Part shown: positions 1 to 11,906 of the stretch, one piece after another
How positions within the stretch are numbered: the first letter of the stretch is position 1
Layout: every line of letters starts with the position of its first letter
DNA from: Octopus sinensis
Lineage: Eukaryota
Direction: 5' to 3'
Assembly (NCBI RefSeq): GCF_006345805.1
Contig: NC_043007.1
Coordinates: 47,492,001 to 47,556,000 of the forward strand
DNA length: 64,000 nucleotides
Made by a program: the position numbers and the translations under genes
Notes under the pieces: model-generated
The model's input: only the letters and a program-made list of their open reading frames with translations
Told to the model about the DNA's origin: nothing
Databases searched by the model: none

Positions 1-219
1 CTTCTCCCCCTTCCCTCCTCGTGAAGCTGTGGGGAAGGGAGTGTAAAGAAATCAACGTCGTAATGCGTTGTGAAGGAGACCAGCGTTCTTTTAGAACAAC
101 GATTTCATGGCTTGAAGACACCAAAACAAAAATGGCTAAGAAAGCCCGAATTGGCATCTAAAAATGCTTATATAGTTATTTCCCTTACAAACCCGAGCAA
201 CGCCGGGCGATACTGCTAG
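1..219 (+). mobile_element. Helitron, 3' part (non-autonomous)
   Basis: Ends in the hairpin CCCGAGCAACGCCGGG (192-207) followed by CTAG (216-219), the canonical Helitron 3' terminus. Its last 63 bp are identical to 538-600. Confidence 0.8.
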
Positions 220-600
220 TCTTTATATATAAAAGAGAGGTTGTGTGTCTGTCTCCTACAATTTAGATTCCTAACTACTCCCACATTTTGCGATGCAGTT
301 TAACCAAAACCGGGTATCTTATAGTCATGATTCATATCGAGCCCTTCTGGGTATTAGCGCGCGTCTACGATGAGTCTACGATTTAAAAAAAAATTTACCA
401 TAATTTTTTTCCATTTTAATGCATTTTTTCGCAATTATATAAGGGAAGTAACTCTCTAAAAATGTCTACCATAAAAATTTACCATAATCTTTTTTCCATT
501 TTTAATGCATATTTTTGCTAATTTTTGGCTATAACTCTCTAAAAATGCTTATATAGTTATTTCCCTTACAAACCCGAGCAACGCCGGGCGATACTGCTAG
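220..600 (+). mobile_element. Complete short non-autonomous Helitron (381 bp)
   Basis: Starts TC-TTTATATATAAAA, ends with hairpin CCCGAGCAACGCCGGG (573-588) and CTAG|T. Carries an internal imperfect ~75 bp direct duplication (about 391-463 and 474-547). Confidence 0.85.
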
Positions 601-1119
601 TATATATATAAAAAAAAAACTCCACAACCTTTCGTCTCTATAAAACATTAATGTTCCTAAAAGTTGTTCGATGCTAACTTTCTTCCTATACCTTGATCTA
701 TCTATCTATATATATATATATATATATATATACACCATGGATCCTACACATTTTCTATCTGCCAAATTTACTCCAGGAACCCGGACTATATTTGAAGACA
801 TGTACCCTAGCCCATTATTGGTCTCGTGTATGTCTAACTTGAAAGCATTTTCTAGCAGCCCTACTTGAAATATAAAGTAGTTGAGCTGGTGTGTTGGTCT
901 GTGATGGGAACTTGAATTTTGCATTTAAGAGGAAGGAGGTAAGTGTTTGCTGATTTATGACACAAGCATCTTTTAGACTGTGTTGACGGAATATTTTCTA
1001 TATTATACATGGCGTTCATGCACACATGCACACATACGCGCACACATATATACATATACCACATTCATTCATATACATATCTACCATTCACCATCTTATT
1101 TCCTCCTCTTTTCTATCCT

Positions 1120-1890
1120 CCACCACCTCCAACCGCATTGTCTGTAACCCACATACCCTCGCCATCTACTTCCTAAAACCCACAAACCCAAAACAAACCT
1201 GGCCTCTCCATCGTTTGTGCCTGCACCTGCCCCACCGAACTCATCCCCAAATACCTCGACCTTGTTCTTGCACCCTTAATGGCTTCATATTCATGATACC
1301 AACAAAGCTCTTCGTCTCTTTAATTCTTTCTCCGTTCCTCCCTGCCCCTTCAGACTCTTGTTCACCCTTGACCTAAAATCCTTATACACTCTAATCCCAC
1401 ATAATGAAGGCTTCCTTGCATTAACATACTTCCTGGATCTTCTTCTTGATCAACCTAATACCTCTACCTTCCTCCGTTTAGCTGAACTTGTACTCTCAGT
1501 TGTTTCTTATTCGCGGGTGAATTTTACTATCAGGTCGCAGAAGTTGCCATAGGGAAAGAGAATGGGCTCCAAATATGTGAACCTGTTCGTTGGCAATGCT
1601 GAAGCTCGAATATTTTTCTCAATTCACTGGTCCCATTTCTGAACTGGTCGTTACATTAACGACTATATCGGTGCGACATCACTCTTCTACGAATATCTCG
1701 GCTCCTCCCTCTCTTTCATCCAGTCCTTTCATCCCACTCTCGAATTCTCTTGTTTTGTCTCCAACACCTCCATCAACTGTCTCAACGTATCTGTTACCAT
1801 CCACCAATTCTCTCTTAATATCTCATCCACTATAAACCCAAAGATTCTCAACTTCTCCTATACACGCCAAACTGTTCATCCTTCACTCTC
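1120..1890 (+). pseudogene. Penelope-like element reverse transcriptase fragment (frameshifted)
   Basis: Frames give FTLDLKSLYTLIPHNEGFLALTYFLD, STFLRLAELVL, FYYQVAEVAIGKRMG and HYKPKDSQ, matching PLE RT motifs (D.KSLYT.IPH, G.AMG, YKPTD). Confidence 0.85.
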
Positions 1891-1897
1891 AGTTCCT

Positions 1898-1974
1898 CCC
1901 AAAGTGCCACGCAGTGGGACTGAACCAAAACCCATGTGGTTGGGAAACAAGATTCTCACTAAACAGCCATGCCT
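1898..1974 (-). mobile_element. tRNA-derived SINE family A, head only
   Basis: Reverse complement matches the 5' head of the full copies at 29388 and 63069 (CCACATGG..GGTTCAGTCCCACTGCGTGGCAC). Confidence 0.7.
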
Positions 1975-2228
1975 ATATATACATATATATACATGTATGT
2001 GTGCATATATATATGCCTATATGCATGTACATCTATATATATGTGTATGTATGTATGTATGTATGTATGTATGTATATAGTCCAAAATTTAGAAACACGT
2101 ACATAGATGCGTGTACACGCGTGTGATATATGTGTCAGGGTTATTAAGTGAAAAATAATTATATTTTTGCTTAAAGATTTCAATATTGGCATCGAATATC
2201 CCGTGTGTGTGTGTGCGCATGCGTGTGT

Positions 2229-2261
<33 letters not shown>

Positions 2262-2646
2262 GTGAATGTGTATGTGTCTGACTACTGGTTTTCTGGTTGG
2301 CAATAAGATGCCTATTGATTGTTATTTACATTAATTCTGTTTGCTTTTATGATGAATTTTAGTTTTCGTTTTATTTTTATTCGAGTTTCTATTTACTAAT
2401 CAATGCCTTCTTTTAAAGTACATAAGTTCCTGTTCGCGGTGATAAAGCGTTTTTGGCATGTAATCATAAACTTCTAAATCAATAATCATATACAAAGATA
2501 AATATATATTTATAAACAACAAAACACACTATTGTTTGGAACACAATCAAGGCCACATTTTCGTTATGTTGTTTTCTTTTTCTCAAAGCTATTTTTATTC
2601 CTTAAGATCTGTGTAGTTAAAATGAGGCATATTTGAATGCATTTAT

Positions 2647-2689
<43 letters not shown>

Positions 2690-2710
2690 ATATATATATA
2701 TATATATATA

Positions 2711-3020
2711 CTAGTATCCCAATGACGATCATATTCGTCGCAAACAATTATGTAAAAAATTTTATCCTACAAAAAGATTTGTCGCAAAAAGTCACGTAAA
2801 AAAATTTTCGAAAACAATCGCAGTAATGAAAACTTGGGAATCCAGAATTTCAGGATTGTGGGGCCGGATTCGGCCACGGAATGTTTTTAATTTACTCAAG
2901 GAGTTCGCCTGATATCAAAATGGTATGATGTGTTGGACTATGGCCTCTAAGAGTAAAGTTGAAAAAGTGTGATACACTGACACACTGACGTTCACATTTA
3001 TTATATGATATATTATTATA
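2711..3020 (-). mobile_element. Second non-autonomous Helitron family
   Basis: The minus strand ends in a GACGA/TCGTC hairpin (2724-2739) then ATTGGGATA-CTAG (CTAG at 2711-2714). The other end reads TATAATAAATGTGAACGTCAGTGTG, resembling a Helitron 5' end; that boundary is approximate. Confidence 0.55.
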
Positions 3021-3029
3021 TCATATTAA

Positions 3030-3235
3030 GGCGGTGAGCTGATACAATCATTAGCACGCCGGGCGAAACGGTTAGCAGTATTTCGTCCGCCGTTAGGTTT
3101 CGAGTTCGAAGTCCACCAAGGTCGACTTTACCTTTCTTTCGTGTCGATAAAATTAGCACTTGTTGCGTACTGCGGACGATGTAATCGAGTTAGTCCCTTT
3201 CCCAAAAATATGAGGTCTTGTGATTCCAGGAGAAA
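3030..3235 (+). mobile_element. tRNA-derived SINE family B (Meta-domain-like centre)
   Basis: GGCGGTGAGCTG head, B-box GAGTTCGAAGTCC and centre GGTCGACTTTACCTTTC..GTCGATAAAAT. Homologous to the better-preserved copy at 46531. Confidence 0.75.
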
Positions 3236-3786
3236 TGATTCATTAAAGTTGAAAAAGTGTGATACATTGATATTAAGAGTTATTATTTTAGATATGTTTA
3301 ATTATGGGGAAACGTTGTTTCAATTAAAGTGTATTTAAAATATGTACGTGTATGTATGTATGTATGTATATATATATATATATAACAAAGAAAGCAAAAA
3401 TTAAAACAAAGTGATAGTGTTCAGTATGTAGGCCACATGAATTTCTGTTAAAGACACATGATTAAACAAAGTTGCACAGCATCTTCCTCTTTCTCTGACA
3501 TACCCATTCGTTCTCTCTCTTATTATTACTTCCACTGTCCCATCAACACTACTACTTTAATAAAACATCAACTCTCCCTAAATTTCTTCTTTCCCTCTCT
3601 TTATTTTTCTCTTTCTCTCTCTATCTCTCTCTGTCTTCGCCACCACCCTCATTGTCTCTATGCCTACTATTACTCGCACCCCAGCATGAAGAACAGTAGA
3701 ACAGCCATTGAATAATGAGAAAGGGGGACAAAGTGTGACATACTGACACACAGAAATTAGTTTCCGCATTTATATTAGATTATTAG

Positions 3787-4115
3787 CATTATTTACATTA
3801 TTTACATTTGACAGATATTTATCCTCATCTTGTTTCTTGTTAACACAATGGACATATGGCCTAGTAGATAAGAGCACTGACTACCAACTCCAAGATTCCG
3901 AGTTCGATTCCAGGCAGTGACCTGAATGATAATAATAAATAATAATAATAATAATAATAATAATGATAATAATAATAGGTTCGAAATTTCCCCAAGGCAC
4001 CTGATGAAGGCTGGAGCGTATATCAGCCGAAACTTTGTGTTAACAACAAGCAAGATGAGGACGAATATCCGTCAAATGTAAATAATGTAAATAATGTACA
4101 TAATTCCTCATGTCT
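3787..4115 (+). mobile_element. Composite element: tRNA-like head + (AAT)n + hammerhead-bearing tail, with an inverted copy of the tail upstream
   Basis: A-box TGGCCTAGTAG (3857-3867), B-box GTTCGATTCC (3902-3911), (AAT)n, hammerhead motif at 3996-4041. 3787-3848 is an inverted copy of 4035-4096. A homolog lies at 39758-40137. Confidence 0.7.
3996..4041 (+). ncRNA. Minimal type-I hammerhead ribozyme motif (family 1, one core-adjacent substitution)
   Basis: GGCAC-CTGATGA-A-GGCTG-(10 nt)-CAGCC-GAAAC-TTT-GTGTT. Stem I GGCAC/GTGTT, stem II 5 bp. The homolog at 40027 has GAAAC-GTT at the stem III/cleavage site. Confidence 0.6.
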
Positions 4116-4499
4116 TAGTTCTATATTTAAGAGATGAGGAAATAAACATTACAAAATTAGGGAATGGGATAGATAAAAATCAAGGCTAAATATATGTTTC
4201 ATAGCTAGAGGAATCTCAGAAGTAGTAAATTATCAAAATGGGAGGTATACCATAAGCTACTCTTCAGGCCATGGATACCTCGATTACCTGAAGTTAGCAT
4301 TGCCGTTGGCAGATCCCATGTTAACTAGTTGTCATTTCGATCGAATTCCCAACAGCAATGTAAACTTCATATAAACAAGGCATCCTTCGCCTTAAGAATA
4401 GCCCGCGATCTACCACTCGTTTATATACTTTACTACTTCTAAGGTTCTGGTGTCTATGAAACATATGTAGCCCAGCTTTTATCTACTCTATTCCCTATT

Positions 4500-4655
4500 T
4501 TTTGAATATCCCAAAAAACGGAGAACAAACACAAAAAAACAACAACGCGGGGACGTGGTACATGTAAAGACGCTCAGGGGAAGGAAAGAAAGGTGGTTCT
4601 TCAGAAACAGAGGAAAGTCCAATACAAAAGGAATTCGGAGGAAAAAAATCGCCAT
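4500..4655 (-). repeat. Deleted copy of the PLE-terminal-like repeat also at 52798-53253
   Basis: Shares ACAACAACGCG.GGACGTGG, GACGCTCAGG and GGAAAAAAATCGCC. It retains GTTT-CTGAAGA-A but the rest of the hammerhead is deleted. Confidence 0.6.
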
Positions 4656-4657
4656 AT

Positions 4658-4729
<72 letters not shown>

Positions 4730-4737
4730 TACATATA

Positions 4738-5075
4738 CGAGGGAGTACCCAAAAGAAACCGGAAGTTTGCAATATTATTTTATTCACTAAGTTTTACATG
4801 TTTACACTTTTATCGCCTTCAAAGTATTTTCCATTTAAGGCAATGCATCGATCCAGACGCGTTTTCCATTGTTCGAAGCAGCCCTTGAACTCTAACGATG
4901 TGGTGCCTTTTAACGCTTCCGTTGTATTTTTCTTCACCTCTTCCATATCTGCAAAATGTTTTTCTTTAAGGACTTTTTTCATTCGGGGGAACAAAATAAA
5001 ATCTGCAGGGAACAAGATCAGGTGAATAGGGTGGGTGGCTAAACGGGGTCACGCCATTTTTGGTCAAAAACTCAA
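4738..5075 (-). mobile_element. mariner transposon 3' fragment
   Basis: PADFILFPRMKKVLKEKHFADMEEVKK...CFEQWKTRLDRCIALNGKYFEGD is a mariner C-terminus. TIR TA|CGAGGGAGTACCCAAAAG. Confidence 0.85.
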
Positions 5076-5146
5076 GGTGGTGTGTGAATTATCGCAATAT
5101 CACAAGGAATGCTCATACGAACATATCTTCATTTTATGGTTTAAAA

Positions 5147-7284
5147 CCAAGCATGAGTAACCTTTTTCGAGTAGTGGGCCGCATGACATATGATTCGTTA
5201 TCAGGTGGGCCGCAAAAATGTTTCTTTGCTGATATCTCAGCTACTTTCATTACAGAAGACTATACACGTAAACAACTGCTTCAGAGATTAGTAAAAGTTG
5301 ATTTAAAAGATATTGCTATAATTAAAATACTAAAATCTGATGTTATAACTCAGGCTGCTGTCGTGATACAATACGGAAAAAATTAAAAGAAAATATTCTT
5401 GAAAAATCAGTTATATAAGAATATCTGTATGGTGAGTGTATTGAAGAGAAAATTGAATAGTTTTGCAATCCGTGATGAAAATTCTATGAAAATATATTTT
5501 TTAAAATCATAGGTACACATTTAACATTCTTTAAATATCATTGTTCACATTTAAACTGAAGACTAAAGCTAATATATAAAATATGCCTAAAATGTAGTAA
5601 AATTTGGTTCTAATTTGTTTATTTGACAATACAATTATATTTAATGAAAGATCATGATAATTCCCAAACTTTCAAAAGTTTTGACTCGTGAATCAACAAC
5701 TGGTTTTGCTTTTGTAATTTTAAATGAGATGTGAAATCCAGGAAAAGTGCACGATTACCAGCCTAGATATCATTCTTCTTTTCAAGATATATTTACCTTT
5801 CATGAAGGTTTATACCTTGGTCTTTCTTTGTGAATATCGCGAACGGTTTAGAATGCTGAGCATATTATCTTCAACGAAAGGTTAAAAAATTGAAGAAAGT
5901 TGATGCCTTATCATTGTTATGTATATATATGGTTTAGGTAAACTGTTATAAGCTTTTGTTCTGGGGAAAATGGTATTGCAACAAAAGGAAGCATTTTCAC
6001 AAATGAAAAGAAATTGAAACTGACCTAAGTTTGGTGCAACATATGAAAAGAAGGAGTAACAAAATGAGTCCGACTAATTCACATTAAAAGGCTCATAACA
6101 ACACACAGATAAGAAACATAGTATTCATTATTCGTTTGTTATTAGCATGAATAGAATTTCCAAACAAATTTTAGTGTCAAACTTGGCATTGTCGTACTTT
6201 TCACAACGTTTTCATTATCTAGAGATGTTTGAGATGTTCCAAATCGAAAATTGTCTTGGAGGTAATTATCAGTCTATCTTGACCGAGTTTTCGAAATTCA
6301 TTATTTAGCAACTTTTGCGCAAACAACCTAGTTTACATGTACAATTTCTTACAGTTGTTTTGTCTTTCGGAAAAGTGCCTATTTAGTCAACCGATCTGCT
6401 CCCTTTCTGTTTTTTTTTCTTTCTCATAACTCCCTTAAATTTAAAGTACTCCAAGGGTTTTGAAGCGTAATACCCACTTACATTAAATTCTTTATAAGCG
6501 GAGAGGGGTTCATAGTATATTGAACATACTGATTTGTTGTTTTTTGTTTACTTCAACCGAGAAGTAATCATTTATCTACTTTTCCTGGATTTTTTCTTTT
6601 ACTTAGAAATCTTATTGATATTTTTTTAATTAATTAATTAACTGTGATATCAAATATAAAATTTTTTTAAAGAAATAATTATTGGTTTCTGTTTCCACCG
6701 CTTTTAAATACTTTATGGAGTAATTCAGCGACTGTATCTACATGTGAGCACTGCGTAGCTTAGCTTTGTACATTTACACTTTGAAAGTATAGTTTTTTGT
6801 TTCAATCCTGCGTGATATCGCAACACGATACTCAGTGTAGTTATTGTCGCTGAATCAACGCAACAAGTCGTTACAGGTGATGGAATAGAAATTAAACATT
6901 GAATCAATAATTCTTATTCGTTGACGTGTCGTTAGTAGAGATATCAGTTTAAGTCCCTTCAACGTTTGGATGGTTGCAAATTAATTATAAGGCATGTTGA
7001 AAATTACACGAATGACTGACAATGGCGAAGAATTTTATTTTTATGATTGGTGTATCCACAGTCCAATGGTCATTAATAAGGAGTGCTAGTTGAGCATTTA
7101 ATAGTTATTTCACTACCACACCAGTTTCCCCAAATTGCTTGAACGAGAGAGTGTGTGAATGAACAAGTGAGAACGAGACGAAACAAAGTTTTAATAAACA
7201 TTAATTTCCTCTAAAATTAAGTGTAGCATCCAGAAAACGAAACGGACTTCATACGGCCCGCAGACCGCATGTTGGACATGACTG
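5147..7284 (-). mobile_element. Degenerate hAT (Charlie/SPIN-like) transposon
   Basis: Ends CAAGCATGAGTAACCTTTT..GGGCCGCATG and CGGCCCGCAGACCGCATGTTGGACATGACTG. Flanks GTTTAAAA/GTTTAAAT (7/8 TSD). A minus-strand remnant RALFLDFTSHLKLQKQNQLLIHESKTFES resembles the hAT LAFLVDIT.HLN.LN..LQG motif. Confidence 0.6.
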
Positions 7285-7601
7285 GTTTAAATACAAAATG
7301 TGTGTCCAACTCTGAAATACAGCATGTTTTCTTAAATCAAATGTTTTGTGTATTAATCTGCGCCATTTCAGTGCAATAAATTTTCCTTAAACAAAATTCG
7401 TCACATTTGGAAGGAGAATTCTAATCCGTTAAATCGATTTAGTACTTGATTGGTACTTTACCGTTTCAATTAAGCATGAAAACTGGCAAAGTAGTTGACC
7501 GTTGAACAAATATATATATATATATACACTCACGCACATACTCACACACACACACTCACGCACATACTCACACACACTCACACATACATACATATATATA
7601 T

Positions 7602-8165
7602 ATTGTTAAAGACAACATCCGTTAAGGCAAGGCAAACATCTCAAGTCATATGCATTATTATTATTATTATTGGAAAAAATTCAAAGTCTTACAGCTGTTT
7701 CTGGGATATCCCAGAGTATGGGATATTTCGTCATCAGAGACAAATAGGGAAAATGAGAAGGGTATAGATTAAGGAAATGACGACAGGGGATAGGTGTGAA
7801 TAAGGATATGAAGAGAAAGAGAAGAAAAAAGAAGCCTAAAAGTTCACAGTTGAATATTCCGGTGTTTTAGAAATAAGTGCATAAGTCCTTAGGTGCAGTC
7901 CTGCGTAGATCCAAGTGGATTAAAGTCCTGATATTGTAAACATCCCAAGTAAAAAGATGCAAACATATCAACGTTCAATAACAGAATGTCGTTATTTCAT
8001 TAATCTATACCTTTCTCATTTTCCCTAATTTTCTCTGATGACGGAATATCCCATACGCTGAGATATCCCAGAAACAGCCCTAAGACTTTGAATATCTTCC
8101 AATGATAATAATGTATGACTTCAGATGTTTGCCTTGCCTTAAATTTCTTTGTCTTCTTTAACAAT
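7602..8165. mobile_element. Inverted pair of PLE pseudo-LTR-like repeats (~180 bp arms, ~200 bp spacer)
   Basis: 7602-7785 and 7987-8165 are diverged reverse complements, and each arm contains a hammerhead motif. Confidence 0.7.
7686..7741 (-). ncRNA. Type-I hammerhead ribozyme motif (family 2)
   Basis: Minus strand: GTCT-CTGATGA-CGAA-ATATCCCA-TACTC-TGGGATAT-CCCA-GAAAC-AGCT-GTA-AGAC. Stem I GTCT/AGAC, 8-bp stem II, palindromic stem III ACAGCTGT, GUA site. A degenerate twin is at 8031-8086 (+). Confidence 0.6.
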
Positions 8166-8321
8166 CATATATCCGCTATACCGGAAATCTCAATGGATCC
8201 ATACTGTCTCGGTTAGAACCTTGGAGCCCTAGTAATCCGTTACACCACTTACCTAGCATACCTAATCGTTTACATCACCTGTGAACTAAATACCGATATT
8301 TGTATTATATATATATATATA

Positions 8322-9077
8322 TGATGACTGCCCCCTCGTTATCGAGTATGGCCATTGCACGAAGCTTAACTGTTATTGGTACTGTGATCGAATGTGACTA
8401 AAGATCTACAGCTAAAGATCTACAATGTCTTGTATAGAATTGGCAGCTAAAACCTTTACCGGTAATAGCCGGCTGTAGTTGTGACTGGGCTTCATGTACT
8501 TTTGCATGTCGTTTAAGTCCTCCTGCCGAATTACACTCTCTTCCACATGCTTGACAGATATGATTAGTATGGTGTGTAACACCACCACCAGTGGCCAGGT
8601 TCACTCTTGAGTCCAGCTTTAGAGAGACAGGGTCTTGCACAGACACTGCATGTCAGCATCATAGGAAGTCTCTTCCCATCTGGAAGTGTAACAGCGATGC
8701 CCTTCCTGACATCCCTCCTTACTTTCTCATGCACAACTCGAGATTTCTCAAAAGTAGCTGTCCACCTGCTACGAACAATAGCTATGCCCTCCCATGTGTC
8801 AGGAGAGATGCAAGCATCCCTTAAGGAAGCCTCCAGCATGTCCTTGTACCTCTTTCTTGGTTTATGTGGAGGTCGTTCTCCTTTAGCTAACTCTCCATAA
8901 AAGAGTTGTTTTGGCATCCTTGAATCCCTCATCCTGAGCACTCCATCTGAGCCTTTGCTTTAACACAAGAGCTTTTATAATTTCACACCGAGAGCCTTCC
9001 AATATTTCAAGATCACTGATGCGATCCTCCCACTTAATGCCATAGATCTTTCTGAGAGACATCTGATGATGCATTCT
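8322..9077 (-). mobile_element. RTE-clade LINE 3' fragment
   Basis: SLRKIYGIKWEDRISDLEIL, RMPKQLFYGELAKGERPPHKPRKRYKD, WEGIAIVRSRW are RTE ORF2 C-terminal motifs, followed by C2H2-like fingers and a 3' end at a short tandem tail. Confidence 0.9.
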
Positions 9078-9079
9078 TA

Positions 9080-10390
9080 CAAGGTGCATAAGGTATTTGT
9101 GGACAATTTTTTTAGACAATCATACGTATATTAACAGAAAGCAACGTAACGAAAAAAGTTATACATATAAACTAGATCATCTTCTTTATAATTTTATTCG
9201 ATGTAACCACCTTCAGCATCAGTAGCTGCTTTTATATGAGATCTGAATCGTCTACTTGACCGAATTAAACGGTTCTTGTTCATATCCAACATAACTCTTG
9301 ATATGCCTACTTTCAAAGAATTTTTGGCAATACGTGAATGTTGCTTTACCTCTCTCTCAACAATGCTCCACATATGGTAGTCCAATAGATTGTGAGTTGG
9401 TGAGTTTTGAGGCCAAATGTCAGGGATTATGTGGTCATGAAACTTATCAAACATTAACTATTGGGTTGCATGAGCCTTATATTGTGGCGCAGAGACCTGC
9501 TGAAATAGGTACGGCCTTCCATTGTGTACTCTGTCTATGCAAGGCTTAACAAATGTTTCCAGCAGAGTTAAGTCTAAGGCCTTGTGGAACGAAGAGAATA
9601 GGCATCACATGTCCTTCATTACTGACAACTCCAGTAGCCAAGATAGTTGTAGGAAATTTTGTGTGCAGGACTGTTGTAACTTCAGAAGGGTCTGAACGTA
9701 ACTACATGTCATGTTGCTGTTAATCTTCTGTTTCTTCTCAACATTTTTCTCATCTGAGAAAACACCGAATCATGTCATGTTCTTCTGGGTTTTTAACTTT
9801 GTTTAATAGCCTTTTAGATCTGATCAAACGGTTTTTCTTTGGTATTTGCTGACATGAAGTGACCTCTCCTCATCACGTAATGCATGTGCCGGATGTCATC
9901 GTGGACAACATTTCTGATTGTCCCTTCTGACACATGGAGATCTTTTGTAATTGACCTCACGGATTTTCTGGGTTTGCTGAACTAGTTAAGTAAATCAGAG
10001 TGTTCTGAAGGCATCGGAGCACCGGGTGAGCTTTTTGCGTTTCGATACTGAGGATGTTTTTCATCTGAGGCATCTAACTCCTTGCGAACTTAGCAGGCAA
10101 AAGATATAGCGACTTTTAAAAGCTGAGTTATTTCTAAATTACTGTGCTCAAACTTTAAGACCACAGTTATAGCATGCTCTTTCATTTTTTGAGTAAGCTG
10201 TGCGTGTGAGCCATTCCTCAAATCACAACATGTCGTCTTCAAAGCTAAGAAGAAAACGTCGATAACTACAGTTCTTGATAAAGTCTATCGAGAAAACAAA
10301 ACAAAATCAGACATGAAACTTACAACCGGAGCATCTTTCAATTTAGATGTATTTGATCAAGATTGCCCACCAATAACAGCAGCAATAACA
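9080..10390 (-). mobile_element. Degenerate Tc1/mariner maT (DD37D)-like transposon; transposase pseudogene about 10185 to 9194
   Basis: MKEHAITVVLKFEHSNLEI start, TKFPTTILATGVVSNEGHVMP, PYLFQQVSAPQYKAHATQ, IWPQNSP..NLLDYHMWS, AEGGYIE stop. TIR TA|CAAGGTG at 9080; the other end is approximate. Confidence 0.85.
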
Positions 10391-10786
10391 AGACAAAGAA
10401 TATAAAAGAAACCAATATTAGCTGACGAAATCTGTTCTCTCATTACGTAAGGTACTACGACAAGAAAGTAGTGCAATTATCAAAGATTGAACAACCGATA
10501 ATGCCCCATCTCCAGTATTATTACAATACCAAATTATTATTCAGGAATTATAGAATCTTTTCTTATTTTCTGAGTGGGTTGCGTAGAAATATATTCTGTT
10601 ATAGTTTCCATTGTCTGGTTTAATTTTCTCCTAGGTATTGGTTTGCCATTTACTAAAAGGGAACATGCAAATGTTCTTACCAGATAAACATAAACCTTTC
10701 TACTATGATGTCATGATCCGATTTATAGCCTTTCATTTGAGGAATCAGTGATGTCAGCATTTCTCATAGCTTCTTATTTTTCTCTT

Positions 10787-10831
<45 letters not shown>

Positions 10832-11015
10832 CTTTCTCTGTTTCCGCCCATGAGTGCGTGTATGCGTATATGCGTTTATATGAATATACTACACACAAAC
10901 ATGCACATATACACACATTCTGCATACAAACTTACGTACATACATATACATACACAGACTTGAATACGTGTACATATATGCGTGTACATGTATATATACA
11001 CAGAGAAAGAGAGAT

Positions 11016-11050
<35 letters not shown>

Positions 11051-11741
11051 GATGTGTTGTGTAAGGCTGGATCAATGTATATGCAATCGACTTCCCTACC
11101 CTTGAAAATTGTTGACTTTGTAACAAAATGAGAAAGAATGTGTGTGTATGTGTGTGTGTGTCTGTGTGTCTGTGTGCGCGCGCGTAGTACGTAATTACTT
11201 ATATATGTGTATGTGCGTGTATGTGTGTGTGTGTGTGTGTGTATTGTGAACGTATGCATATATCCGAGCTAATGACTCTGGGTATTTATTTGATATAAGC
11301 GTGCACCATTTAGTCTTTTTGTGTACGAGTACACACACGTATCTGTTTCAGTGTCTGTGTGTGTAAGCGAGAGAGAGAGGGGGGGACAGAGAATGATAAT
11401 ATACTTGTGCGCATATGCGCGCGCCGTGTTGTGTGTCGGTATCTGTGTGTCTGTGTTTGTGCGGGTATGGCGTGGCTGCGTAGGACTGCATTCAGTTGAT
11501 TGATTTAATCTTTTTGGACAATAAATCTGGCTAAATGAATAAAAGAAAATTGAACTGCTGTTGCAAAATACTGACCAAATGTTACTCTGTACTGTTTCTT
11601 ACTCTTCATGAAACGCAAGACCTTTGCCAATAATGAAATCAAATTTTCTCCTTCACTTACTTCTATACTGCTTATTTCTAAAGTCATCTTCATACTCTCT
11701 CACTCGAATAACTTTGCCGAGTTCTCTGTGTGATGAGATAA

Positions 11742-11806
<65 letters not shown>

Positions 11807-11855
11807 AATATAAATACATGCACATCTTAATTTCTGTGCCTCTCATATAGATATG

Positions 11856-11904
<49 letters not shown>

Positions 11905-11906
11905 CT

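Noticed and set aside
736-860. Possible minus-strand exon (LLENAFKLDIHETNNGLGYMSSNIVRVPGVNLADRKCVGSM)
   Set aside because: Splice sites are weak, no homology is recognised and no compatible neighbouring exon was found.
3850-3923. tRNA gene
   Set aside because: It has A and B boxes but no complete cloverleaf or acceptor stem; it is an element head, like all other tRNA-like hits here.
11630-11720. Minus-strand micro-exon with a GTAAGT donor
   Set aside because: The only open frame is low-information and has no linking exon.
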